Source: Candidatus Cloacimonadales bacterium (GTDB lineage Bacteria > Cloacimonadota > Cloacimonadia > Cloacimonadales > JAIOQZ01). Taken from it: a stretch of 64,000 bases of DNA. Location: positions 288,001-352,000 of the forward strand of contig OY771587.1 in NCBI GenBank assembly GCA_963674825.1. The letters are read 5' to 3'. Every line of letters starts with the position of its first letter. The first letter of the stretch is position 1. This document shows positions 19,776 to 29,063 of this stretch, in pieces. Below the pieces are notes generated by a model. It saw only the letters and a list, made by a program, of their open reading frames with translations. It had not been told where the DNA came from and did not search any database. Both the position numbers and the translations under genes were made by a program.

Positions 19776-21320
19776 CTACTCCACGAATTTCTTATCCATG
19801 CTGCGGTATTGTACCGCTTCGCTGAGGTGCGCGCTGTTGATGTTCTGGCTGCCTTCCATGTCGGCGATAGTACGGGACACCTTGAGGATGCGGTCAAACG
19901 CGCGTGCGGAGAGCCCGAGACGCTCAACCGCTTTGCGAAGCAGCATCCGTCCCTGGTCGTCGATGGCGCAAAATTTACGAATCATCTTCGAATTCATTTG
20001 CGAATTACAGAAAACATCCGTTCCGGCGAATCGCTGCAACTGAGTCTGTCGCGCTCTATTCACACGTTCTCTAATCTCCTCTGATTTCTCGCCCGATGGC
20101 ATCGAACTGAGCTCATCATATTTTACTGCCGGTACCTCGACATGGATGTCGATCCTATCCAGAAGCGGACCGGAGATGCGCGACCGATAGCGCTGAATGT
20201 TGGTCGTCGTGCAGGTGCAGGCATGCCCGGGAATCGAATTGCCATAGTAGCCGCAAGGGCATGGATTCATCGAAGCCACCATCATGAATTTCGCTGGAAA
20301 GGCCAGGCTCTGCGTGGCGCGCGTGATGGTGACGATCCCATCCTCGAGCGGTTGACGCAGCACTTCCAGCACCGATTTTTTAAACTCTGGCAGCTCGTCC
20401 AGAAACAGAACGCCATTGTGCGCGAGCGACACCTCGCCCGGCTTGGGATAGCTTCCGCCGCCGATCAATCCGACATCGCTGATGGTATGATGAGGAGAGC
20501 GATAGGGACGCTCGGAGATAATACCTTTGCTATTGGCCGTCATGAATCCGGCGACCGAATGGATCTTGGTGGTCTCCAGTGCTTCGTCCAGCGTCAGGTC
20601 GGGAAGTATTGTCGGCAACCGTCTGGCAAGCATGGTCTTGCCGGAGCCAGGCGGCCCAATCATGAGCAGGTTGTGACCACCTGCCGCAGCGATCTCCAAC
20701 GCGCGCTTGACGTGAAATTGTCCCTTCACATCAAATAAATCCACTGCACTGATATTTAAGCTCGAGAAGATCCTGTCACGGTCCACCTGGGTCGGTAAAA
20801 TATCCGTCACACCCTCCAGAAAATCGACCACTTCGCGGAGCGATTCTACCGGATAAACCTCCAGTTCGTCGATTACCGCCGCTTCTTCGGCGTTATCACG
20901 CGGCACGATAAGCCGCTTCATGCCGTCTTTCCAACATCCCAGAGCAATCGGCAGAATGCCCCTTACCGGCCGCACTTCGCCATCCAGCGATAGCTCACCG
21001 ACAATCACCGTATCCTCCAGATGTCGCGAATTCACCTGCTTCGAGGCCGCCAGAATGGCCACTGCCATCGGTAGGTCGAACGACACACCTTCCTTTCGGA
21101 CGTCAGCCGGCGCCAGGTTCACCGTATAGTTCCAGGAAGCGAATTTATAGCCGCAATTTTTAATAGCTGCCGAAACGCGGTCGCGGCTCTCCTTCACTGA
21201 ATTGGAAGGCAACCCGACCACGGAAAATTTACTCACACCACCCTTGATATCGGCCTCGACGGACACATATTCAGCGTTTATTCCTTGAATTGCATACGAA
21301 ATGGTTTTCCCAAACATCAT
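19776..21320 (-). CDS. comM: YifB/ComM Mg-chelatase-like AAA+ helicase
   Basis: VKESRDRV, VNLAPAD, GPPGSGKT, RSPHHT, LFLDELPEF, MNPCPCG, SGPLLDRID. Confidence 0.96.
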   Translation of the reverse strand: MMFGKTISYAIQGINAEYVSVEADIKGGVSKFSVVGLPSNSVKESRDRVSAAIKNCGYKFASWNYTVNLAPADVRKEGVSFDLPMAVAILAASKQVNSRHLEDTVIVGELSLDGEVRPVRGILPIALGCWKDGMKRLIVPRDNAEEAAVIDELEVYPVESLREVVDFLEGVTDILPTQVDRDRIFSSLNISAVDLFDVKGQFHVKRALEIAAAGGHNLLMIGPPGSGKTMLARRLPTILPDLTLDEALETTKIHSVAGFMTANSKGIISERPYRSPHHTISDVGLIGGGSYPKPGEVSLAHNGVLFLDELPEFKKSVLEVLRQPLEDGIVTITRATQSLAFPAKFMMVASMNPCPCGYYGNSIPGHACTCTTTNIQRYRSRISGPLLDRIDIHVEVPAVKYDELSSMPSGEKSEEIRERVNRARQTQLQRFAGTDVFCNSQMNSKMIRKFCAIDDQGRMLLRKAVERLGLSARAFDRILKVSRTIADMEGSQNINSAHLSEAVQYRSMDKKFVE

Positions 21321-21440
21321 CTCTCCTTTCGGATAGAAATTGCGATTAATAAAGAAATATCGTCAATAAAAAAACGGAAATCCGGCTATTTTGTTAAGTC
21401 CGGCAGGCGTCTTGATTACAAAGGCGAAAAGTGTGTAAGC

Positions 21441-21477
21441 AAAAAAACTCGGGCAATCATCGTTGATTGCCCGGTTT
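21441..21477 (-). terminator. Intrinsic terminator after threonine aldolase
   Basis: CGGGCAATCA/TGATTGCCCG stem with A-run on + strand. Confidence 0.75.
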
Positions 21478-21491
21478 GAAAGAAAAAGCAT

Positions 21492-22517
21492 CTACCTCGG
21501 AATAATGATTTCCAGCGTCTCAACAAAGCGATCGATATCGGATTCAGTCGTGTCCCAGGAGGTCATCCAGCGTACTTCGGAAGCGGCCTCATCCCATACA
21601 TAGAAGAAGGTCTCCCGCTGTAATGCTTCGATCGATTCTCTCGGAATACGTGCGAATACCGCGTTTACATCCACAGGGCGCGTGATTCGAACATTCTCGA
21701 TTTTCGCCGCCTTATCTGCCAGATAGCGCGCCATCCGGTTGGCATTCAACGCATTTTGCTTCCAAAGTTCACCGCCGAACAATGCCATGAACTGCGAGGA
21801 TATAAAACGCATCTTAGAAGCCAGTTGCATCGCCTGCTTCCGCACGTATTTGAAATCTTCCGATGTATATGGTGGGAAAAAGACAATCGCCTCACCGTAC
21901 ATCATGCCATTCTTGGTGCCGCCGAAGGAGAGAATATCGACACCGCGATCACTCGTCATTTCATGGAAGCTGCAACCAAGCGCTGCTGCGGCATTGCTGA
22001 TCCTGGCACCGTCCATATGTAGAAGAAGGTTATTCTCGTGGGCAAACCTACTGATCGCTTGAATCTCGTCGAGTTGGTAAAGCGTACCGAGTTCGGTGGG
22101 CTGTGTTATTGAAATGACACGCGGCTGCACATGGTGCTCGAAACCTACCTCGGTCAGGTGATGATGAATATCCTCGATATGAATCTTGCCGTCGTGACTG
22201 GGGACGTTCAGGAGTTTGCAGCCAGTTATCTTCTCCGGCGCGCCACACTCGTCCACCTGCATATGCGCTGTCTCGGCGCAGATTACTGCCTGCCACGACC
22301 GGCATACCGACTGGATCGAAAGAGTGTTTGCCGCGGTACCGGTAAAGACAAACCATGTCATCACTTCCTCGCCGAACATCTCACGGAAGAGCTCAAGCGC
22401 TTTCTTGGTATGAATATCGTCACCGTAGGAAACGGCGTGATCCCGGTTTGCGGCTGCCATCGCATCCAGCACCTGGGGGTGTACGCCCGAGGCGTTATCG
22501 CTTGCAAACATCCTCAT
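21492..22517 (-). CDS. ltaE: Low-specificity L-threonine aldolase
   Basis: FASDNASG, TGTAAN, DECGAPE, HMDGARISNA, SFGGTKNG, QLASKMRF. Confidence 0.93.
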   Translation of the reverse strand: MRMFASDNASGVHPQVLDAMAAANRDHAVSYGDDIHTKKALELFREMFGEEVMTWFVFTGTAANTLSIQSVCRSWQAVICAETAHMQVDECGAPEKITGCKLLNVPSHDGKIHIEDIHHHLTEVGFEHHVQPRVISITQPTELGTLYQLDEIQAISRFAHENNLLLHMDGARISNAAAALGCSFHEMTSDRGVDILSFGGTKNGMMYGEAIVFFPPYTSEDFKYVRKQAMQLASKMRFISSQFMALFGGELWKQNALNANRMARYLADKAAKIENVRITRPVDVNAVFARIPRESIEALQRETFFYVWDEAASEVRWMTSWDTTESDIDRFVETLEIIIPR

Positions 22518-22518
22518 G

Positions 22519-23424
22519 TTATTCTCCGATCCGTTTGTATTCCGTGGGATTCCACGGCGGCTTTCTGTATGCCTTGTTTATTATTGCTGTCTCGGCTACG
22601 ACCTGTTCAATCGAATCGACCTGAATGTAAATTCCAGCGTATTTCTCTTCGTCTGACATCTCGTCATATGGCGGTTGATCCGTATCCTGCTTCTCGATAA
22701 CCAGCGTCCCTTCGATCAGATAGAATTTGTTCGGCAGCAGCGATTCAACGATCCGGCTGTCTTTTAAACGCAATCGGACGCTGATCGGCTTGGTCAATAC
22801 GGGGTGATCGGTTGGAAGCGCCATCGTCATTATCGCATCGGTCGGCAACATATACTTCGGGTAGCGGTGCTCTGCATTGTTGGCAACAAAACGAAAATGC
22901 CGGGTTCCTATGTGGTCGATCGTTAACATGCTTTGTGACTGCCTATATCCCGCGGCTGTATGGTTCCATTCGTTACGGATGATATTCACTAGCTCCCTGA
23001 GATTCAGCTCGCAGACCTCGTCCTTTTTGTAGAACGGGTATTCGGGTTCATCTTTCTTCACCGGAGGATGATAGGATATCGTATCAGTCTTTTCATAAAA
23101 CGTCATGGAGTGGTGTTCTTCGGTGCCCGGCTCCAGCAGGTCATCAAGGTCATCCTCGAATGTCATCTTCCAGATCAGAATCTGCATGATTGACATGACC
23201 AGTAGGAAAATCACGATCCAGAAAAAAATATGCACTCGCCGTTTGGCTTTGTCATCGAGATCTTTTTTCACAGACTGCGCGGCCTGGTCGATCACGAATG
23301 CCAGCAAAAGCAGGCTGGTAAAGGTAAGCATCAACGGCGGCTTGGGTGGCGTACCAGTCAGAAAGAGCGTCAGAATGGTGACCGACAACAGAAAGCCGAC
23401 CACCAGCACAATCGTCTTTTTCAT
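22519..23424 (-). CDS. Hypothetical protein with three N-terminal TM helices
   Basis: 301 aa ORF in operon-like spacing with ltaE; no recognised motif. Confidence 0.7.
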   Translation of the reverse strand: MKKTIVLVVGFLLSVTILTLFLTGTPPKPPLMLTFTSLLLLAFVIDQAAQSVKKDLDDKAKRRVHIFFWIVIFLLVMSIMQILIWKMTFEDDLDDLLEPGTEEHHSMTFYEKTDTISYHPPVKKDEPEYPFYKKDEVCELNLRELVNIIRNEWNHTAAGYRQSQSMLTIDHIGTRHFRFVANNAEHRYPKYMLPTDAIMTMALPTDHPVLTKPISVRLRLKDSRIVESLLPNKFYLIEGTLVIEKQDTDQPPYDEMSDEEKYAGIYIQVDSIEQVVAETAIINKAYRKPPWNPTEYKRIGE

Positions 23425-23478
23425 CTATCATTCCCCTTTACATTGTAAACTCATATTATCCCCATTCGCTTCGAATAT

Positions 23479-24174
23479 TCAATCCGGCAGGAAATCCCTG
23501 TTGATTCGCTGCATGCTCGCGAAGATGTTTTCCATCACGTCGATTTTTCCATGCTGCGCCTGAACCTGCCGTATCAACTCCCGAATCGTCTCGCGCTTGG
23601 TCGAACCGGCATACGGGCAGCGATCTTCCATCACGGGAAGCTGTTGCTCCTTCGCGTAGGATTCGATCAGCTTTTCCGGGATCAGATACATTGGCCTGAT
23701 AATGTGATATGCTCCGTCGAAAAGCGGTTGCCGCGGTGTCATGGTGCTGATCTCCCGCGAGAAAACCATATTCAGCAGTAGCGTTTCGACCACGTCGTCC
23801 TTGTGGTGCCCCAAAGCAATGCGATTCATGCCCAGCGACCGCGCTGTTTCCAGCAATCTCCGGCGTCTTCTCTTTGCGCATTCGAAGCAAGGATTCTCCC
23901 TTCCCGGGATATTTGCGAGGATATCCTCCTCGATGATATGTAGCGGTGCAAGGTCGCGGCAATATTCCAGAAAGCACTCGTCCGCTTCGACACCCACATG
24001 TGCAAGCTCGATTTCAATCGGAAAGCGCTTCAATAGCCGCGGTAGCGCAAGGCTGTCTTTCCCGCCTGATACGCCAACCAGAATTCGCTCACCTTCGGCG
24101 AAAAGATTCCAGCGACGATTGGCGTCATCAATATGCTCGATCAGGAGCCGTTCCAGTCTGGTTGATTCCTTCAT
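23479..24174 (-). CDS. ttcA: tRNA 2-thiocytidine biosynthesis TtcA-family PP-loop ATPase
   Basis: SGGKDS, CFEC, GHHKDD, IIRPM, CPYAGSTKR; start MKEST (24174) or 24183. Confidence 0.85.
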   Translation of the reverse strand: MKESTRLERLLIEHIDDANRRWNLFAEGERILVGVSGGKDSLALPRLLKRFPIEIELAHVGVEADECFLEYCRDLAPLHIIEEDILANIPGRENPCFECAKRRRRRLLETARSLGMNRIALGHHKDDVVETLLLNMVFSREISTMTPRQPLFDGAYHIIRPMYLIPEKLIESYAKEQQLPVMEDRCPYAGSTKRETIRELIRQVQAQHGKIDVMENIFASMQRINRDFLPD

Positions 24175-24278
24175 GGTCAACAAGTTTTACGACTGCGGAT
24201 TTTCCGGTCAAGCTGAAATGCAGCATGAAATCTCTTGCGCGAAAGAAGGTTGTTCGCCGGAATGCAATTGAGGTAATT

Positions 24279-25496
24279 ATGAACCCAAATCGATTTCTCG
24301 GCATTACATCGTTTGGCGAAAGCCACGGGCCTTTTATGGGTGTCGTTATCGAAGATGTCAAGCCTGGCATATCCTTTCCGTCCGATCAGCTTCGGGAGCT
24401 TCTGGCAAGGCGCAAACCCGGCAACGGCGAATTCTCGTCTCCGCGAAACGAGCAGGATGATTACCAGATCATCAGCGGCGTTCTGGATGGCAGAACCACC
24501 GGAATGCCCATCTGCATTCTGTTCCCAAACCGTGATGCCCGTTCCGAAGATTACGAGCCAATCCGCGACGTCTTCCGGCCCGGCCACGCCGATTATACGC
24601 TCTTCCACAAGTTCAAGATCTATGACTACCGTGGCGGTGGTCACCTCTCCGGTCGCGAAACCATCTGTCGCGTGGCAGCATCTGCTCTCGTGGCGGACAT
24701 CACCGCATCGATCGATGTACATTTCAAGATCATCCACCCCACTTACAAAGATGAGCTCCAGAAACTCAAAGCCCAGGGCGATACCAGCGGGGGTATCCTC
24801 GAGATCACCGTCAGCGGCCTTATGGCTGGGCTTGGCGATCCGGTCTTTGAAAAGCTGGACGCGAATCTCGGCAAAGCGCTTCTCTCTATCGGCGGGGTGA
24901 AAGGAATCGAATTCGGCGATGGTTTTCTGCTCGGAATCATGACCGGCAGCCAGGCGAACGACGCGATGACATCCTCCGGCTTTGCAAGCAACCACTGTGG
25001 CGGTATTTTAGGCGGTATCAGCACTGGCGAACCCATCGTTATCCGGCTCGCCATCAAGCCGGTGTCGTCCATCTCGCAACCGCAGCAGACTATTCGCCAC
25101 GATGGCTCGGAAGTAGAGCTCACGCTCACCAGCCGCAGTGACGTCTGCCTCATCCAGCGCATCCAGCCCGTTTGCGAAGCAATGATCAGGCTGGTTATAG
25201 CGGACGCTATTGCGCATCAACAGCTCATCGAAAACCATGAACCATCCTTGGACAACCTGCGTGAGGCTATTGATCGCATCGACGAAGATATTCTTCTAGC
25301 GCTCTGGCGCCGTGATCGTATCGTGGAGAAAATCGGTGAAATCAAAAAGGAAATGGAATGCCCGGTTTACGATCCCGAGCGTGAAGAAACCATGATGAAG
25401 GCCCTCGAAGAGAAGGCAACCGCCTGGAATATCGATAAAAAACTTGTCAAACGCGTATGGGAAGCTATTGTGGAGCATAGTCGGAGGAAACAATGA
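24279..25496 (+). CDS. aroC: Chorismate synthase fused to AroQ-type chorismate mutase
   Basis: FGESHG, RPGHAD, GRET, GLGDPVFEKLD, SNHCGGILGGISTG; C-terminal LDNLREAIDRID...IGEIK..VYDPERE. Confidence 0.92.
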   Translation: MNPNRFLGITSFGESHGPFMGVVIEDVKPGISFPSDQLRELLARRKPGNGEFSSPRNEQDDYQIISGVLDGRTTGMPICILFPNRDARSEDYEPIRDVFRPGHADYTLFHKFKIYDYRGGGHLSGRETICRVAASALVADITASIDVHFKIIHPTYKDELQKLKAQGDTSGGILEITVSGLMAGLGDPVFEKLDANLGKALLSIGGVKGIEFGDGFLLGIMTGSQANDAMTSSGFASNHCGGILGGISTGEPIVIRLAIKPVSSISQPQQTIRHDGSEVELTLTSRSDVCLIQRIQPVCEAMIRLVIADAIAHQQLIENHEPSLDNLREAIDRIDEDILLALWRRDRIVEKIGEIKKEMECPVYDPEREETMMKALEEKATAWNIDKKLVKRVWEAIVEHSRRKQ

Positions 25497-26812
25497 TTGT
25501 GCTGTCGTTACCCTATCTGAGCGGAAATTTTCTTAGTAATTACACAAAGAACATCGGCGACCGATACGATTATATCGAGTATCGGCTCGATATGCATAAA
25601 GATCCCTTTTCCCTACCGGAAGAGCTGATCAACGAACGAACCATTCTTACCTATCGCGGCGAAAACATCCCGCGACTCGTCCTTTGGATGCGTAAACAAA
25701 CCCTGCAATATCGCTGCCTTGCCGATATCGACATCGTGCAATACGAGCGCATGGTCACGCCCATACCGCCAACCCAGTTGATTCTGTCACATCACTGCGA
25801 CAAACCGGACTGGACGGTCGAATCCATTCGCGAAATCGTGCAGCTCTCCAACGAGATCCCATCGAAGATCCTGAAGCTTGCGCTTCGCGTAGAGCGCTAC
25901 GAGCAGCTTCTACAGTTCCCTGAGATCGTCACAATGTCACGGAAACCGGTGTTGATCGTGGGTACAGGCAAGCTCGGATTCCTCACGCGTGTGCTCTATA
26001 GTAGCCTCGATTCTATCGGAACGTATGTGGGACTCGACGGCTACCTCACCGCTGACGGACAACTATCCCATACGCAAGCCGAACGTTACCGCATCCGCAA
26101 CAATCGGCTAATCCCGGGCGGTATCATCGGCGGCGACCAAGTCATGCACTCGCTTGGATTGTTATATTACAACGACTATTTCCAGCAGAACGACATCGAA
26201 GCCGTTTATCTACCCTTCCCCGTAGCCGACCTGCAAGATTTCTTCGCCTGGATGGATGGCTGCGGCCTCAAGTTTTATGGCTTCTCTGTCACTATGCCGT
26301 TCAAGTCACAGTTCGCACCGGAAGGGCTACCCGCCGGAAACACAGTTATATACGGAAAGTCCGGCAAGCGAACCCTGTGCTCTGATCTGACCTCATTCCA
26401 TAGATCGATCGAATTTCTAGAGCTCGGAACCGACGAGCATATCGCTGTTTACGGTACCGGCGCAACCGCTGAGCTGGCACTGATCGCGCTGAAAGATTTT
26501 AAGAAGGTTACTGTCGTCGGAAGAAACGAAGCCAAAGCCCAAAAACTCGCAGAGCAATTTGGACGCTCACACGCACTGGATTTTCCCGAGGCAGACGCAC
26601 TCATCAATTGCACTCCGGTTATCTTTTTCCCACCTATTCCAGCGTCCATCCGTAAAGTCATCGACCTACCCTACACCATCAGCGCTACCAGCTTGATCCG
26701 CTATGCAAAGCGCGAAGAAATCGCGTATGTAACTGGTGTTCAATTCTGGGAATGGCAGGCCGAGGAGCAACGCGAGGTGTTCACGAAATCGATCGAGGAG
26801 ATACGCGGATGA
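25493..26812 (+). CDS. Type I 3-dehydroquinate dehydratase-shikimate dehydrogenase fusion (AroD-AroE)
   Basis: DYIEYRLD, ILTYR, ILSHH, ILKLA; then HSL, FSVTMPFK, GNT, YGTGATA, INCTP. Confidence 0.82.
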   Translation: MIVLSLPYLSGNFLSNYTKNIGDRYDYIEYRLDMHKDPFSLPEELINERTILTYRGENIPRLVLWMRKQTLQYRCLADIDIVQYERMVTPIPPTQLILSHHCDKPDWTVESIREIVQLSNEIPSKILKLALRVERYEQLLQFPEIVTMSRKPVLIVGTGKLGFLTRVLYSSLDSIGTYVGLDGYLTADGQLSHTQAERYRIRNNRLIPGGIIGGDQVMHSLGLLYYNDYFQQNDIEAVYLPFPVADLQDFFAWMDGCGLKFYGFSVTMPFKSQFAPEGLPAGNTVIYGKSGKRTLCSDLTSFHRSIEFLELGTDEHIAVYGTGATAELALIALKDFKKVTVVGRNEAKAQKLAEQFGRSHALDFPEADALINCTPVIFFPPIPASIRKVIDLPYTISATSLIRYAKREEIAYVTGVQFWEWQAEEQREVFTKSIEEIRG

Positions 26813-27504
26813 AACGGATTCTGTTCATTATTATAGCAACAACCTTAACCACCCTATGGGCGCAGCCAAAGGCTTCCATGCGTTTCGGGATCGCGTTCGA
26901 TCCCATGTTTGCCGATTCTATCTTCACCGCCACGGACAGCATTGATCAGTTGCTTGTGATGGGAAAAATCCTTCCCAGGAGTGCGGTGAAGGACAGCGTA
27001 ACCGTGCGCGATTCGCTCATCATGGACTTCGCAGTGCGTGAGAAAGCACTGGTCTATCCCATCGATTTCAGCTTTAAGAGCGACCCCACAAGGATGATCC
27101 GCTGCGGAAACATCCCTGGCATGGACAAACTGGACACATTCCGGCTTGACGACGCAACCATTCGCGTCTTTTCGCTCTATTCGCCGGATACCATCGTCAA
27201 ACATCCCATCTATAAGCCCAACCGGTTCGACTACAATCTCGTAAAGCTTGTCGATGAAGCCTTCTCCGGCAAGGATTCAACCGATTTTGACATCCTGGTT
27301 ACCAACCTTCCCAAACACGTCATCAAGCGGCTGTTCCCAAAACCACCCTGCGACTTGATCCTGTCGTTCGACTACGTTCCCACGCGCAACGAGACGCTCT
27401 TCGATGACGCGACAAGGTTCTACAGCCTGGCAACTAACCCGAAGGCAATTCTGCATATCAAGCGTGAGCAAGGTAAAACCGACGTGATCTGGCAAAGGAA
27501 ATGA
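26809..27504 (+). CDS. Hypothetical secreted protein
   Basis: Signal peptide MKRILFIIIATTLTTLWA; ATGA overlaps with both neighbours. Confidence 0.7.
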   Translation: MKRILFIIIATTLTTLWAQPKASMRFGIAFDPMFADSIFTATDSIDQLLVMGKILPRSAVKDSVTVRDSLIMDFAVREKALVYPIDFSFKSDPTRMIRCGNIPGMDKLDTFRLDDATIRVFSLYSPDTIVKHPIYKPNRFDYNLVKLVDEAFSGKDSTDFDILVTNLPKHVIKRLFPKPPCDLILSFDYVPTRNETLFDDATRFYSLATNPKAILHIKREQGKTDVIWQRK

Positions 27505-28415
27505 AGCATACCCTCGCTGAAGCAACCTCGCTGTTTATGCGGCACATGAAAGCTGGTGGCCTGTCGCAACACACTATTTCCGCATACGGCAAAGACCTCG
27601 AGCAACTCGATGAATTCCTGACTCACTTCTTCGAAGACGGCGTACCGGTGCTTACTGCTATCGACCGTCACATGGTGCGCGACTTCCTGCGCCACATGAG
27701 TGAAAACGAGCGTTCCAACCGTACTTTAGCACGTAAGACGACCACCATTCGCTCGTTCTTCAAATTCTGCATCGCCAACAGCTATATCAACGACAATCCC
27801 ACTGCAGGTATGCCGACGCCCAAGTTCGGAAAGAAGCTGCCAAAGTTTTTCAGCGAAGAGCAGATTCGTAAGCTCCTGGAGCTACCCGATCTCACCTCGA
27901 AATTCGGGATCCGCAATCGCGCGATCCTCGAGCTGCTCTATTCCTGCGGTATGCGTATCAGCGAAATCGGAGAGGCGACCATATCGCAAGTCGATCTCCA
28001 GCGGGAAATGATTCGCATCATCGGTAAGGGCAACAAAGAGCGGATCGTACCGATCGGGCAATGGGCATGCGCTGCGATACGGAGCTATCTGAAGGTTCGG
28101 CCAAAGTTCGAGAGCGACGATAGCGGCGATACGCTGTTCCTCTCCAAAAGCGGCAAGCCTCTGACTGGCGACGAACTTCGGGAGATCCTCGATCGCTACA
28201 TCATGCTGGTGGCTGATACGAAAGGCTATTCGCCACACTCACTGCGGCATTCGTTTGCGACCCATCTGCTCTCTCACGGCGCTGACCTCAAGGCTGTCCA
28301 GGAGATGCTCGGGCACAGCAACCTCTCCACCACCGAGATCTACACCCATCTCACCATTGAAGACTTGCAGAAGGAATACATGCAAGCACACCCGCGTAGC
28401 CGCAAGGATGATTGA
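27501..28415 (+). CDS. xerC: Tyrosine recombinase XerC/XerD
   Basis: RNRAILELLYSCGMRISE, GKGNKER, SPHSLRHSFATHLL, MLGH, TTEIYTH. Confidence 0.9.
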   Translation: MKHTLAEATSLFMRHMKAGGLSQHTISAYGKDLEQLDEFLTHFFEDGVPVLTAIDRHMVRDFLRHMSENERSNRTLARKTTTIRSFFKFCIANSYINDNPTAGMPTPKFGKKLPKFFSEEQIRKLLELPDLTSKFGIRNRAILELLYSCGMRISEIGEATISQVDLQREMIRIIGKGNKERIVPIGQWACAAIRSYLKVRPKFESDDSGDTLFLSKSGKPLTGDELREILDRYIMLVADTKGYSPHSLRHSFATHLLSHGADLKAVQEMLGHSNLSTTEIYTHLTIEDLQKEYMQAHPRSRKDD

Positions 28416-28432
28416 TAAAGGAAATTCCTACA

Positions 28433-28636
28433 ACACCCAACATAAGTAGCCCACGGTGTAAACCGTGAGATCCAAACGCGACAATTGTAATAAAACACCC
28501 ACGGTATTGTTCTCTATATACCATGAGTTGAAGATCAATCACACCCAACATATTTAGCCCACGGTGTAAACCGTGGGCCCCCAACGCAACAATTGCAATA
28601 AAAACACCCACGGTTCACACCGTGGGCTAATGATGT
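28433..28636. repeat. Two tandem REP-like doublets (family A, TAGCCCACGGTGT(A/G)AACCGTGGG); first doublet truncated
   Basis: ~70-bp direct repeat (28433-28505 vs 28541-28614); palindromes at ~28447, ~28555 and an inverted copy at ~28607-28629. Confidence 0.9.
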
Positions 28637-28649
28637 TATCGTAGAAAGA

Positions 28650-29063
28650 TCATGAACCAGATAGATACTTCTCGCATTCTTCCTGGAGGGTCATTTGCCT
28701 GTGGTGCTCTTGCTGGTTACGGATATATCTTGAAACGACATATACATTTGATCTGCTGACACTGAATGCCGCATACCCTTTCTGCCACTCGAACTCCGCA
28801 TTATAATTCTCTCGGAACCATCTGCTCGAATTACTTTTGATAGTTCGAACGCAATCGATCAAACTCTTGTCTTTTGGTAAAGCAAACAGAATATGTACGT
28901 GATCCTCGTCGCCGCCTGCAGCTAATAACTTACCGGAGATATTCTCAATAATCCCATTGATGTATCTGCATATATCTATCAAGCTATCCTCAATCAAATA
29001 TCTTCTTCGATTTTTTGTCGAGAAGATCAGATGGATCGTCACATTCGTATAGGATCTGCTCAT
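28650..29063 (-). mobile_element. tnpA: HUH Y1 transposase (IS200/IS605 TnpA-like, palindrome/REP-associated)
   Basis: HLIFSTKNR, DHVH (HUH), KSNSS, WQKGYAAFSV, RYIRNQ (catalytic Tyr); no tnpB. Confidence 0.9.

Noticed and set aside
23946..24278. N-terminal extensions in the ORF track (aroC, ileS, rlmD, ade, era, dinB, kinase, rnfC)
   Set aside because: They overlap neighbouring genes or lack homology; downstream ATGs with RBS or stop-start coupling fit better
27501..28415. XerC-like gene as the integrase of an island or integron
   Set aside because: It is translationally coupled within a housekeeping operon, is of canonical Xer length with no integron-integrase insertion, and no attC-like sites were seen
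28433..28636. Mini-CRISPR next to xerC
   Set aside because: The repeats include inverted copies and the intervening sequences are themselves duplicated; this fits REP doublets
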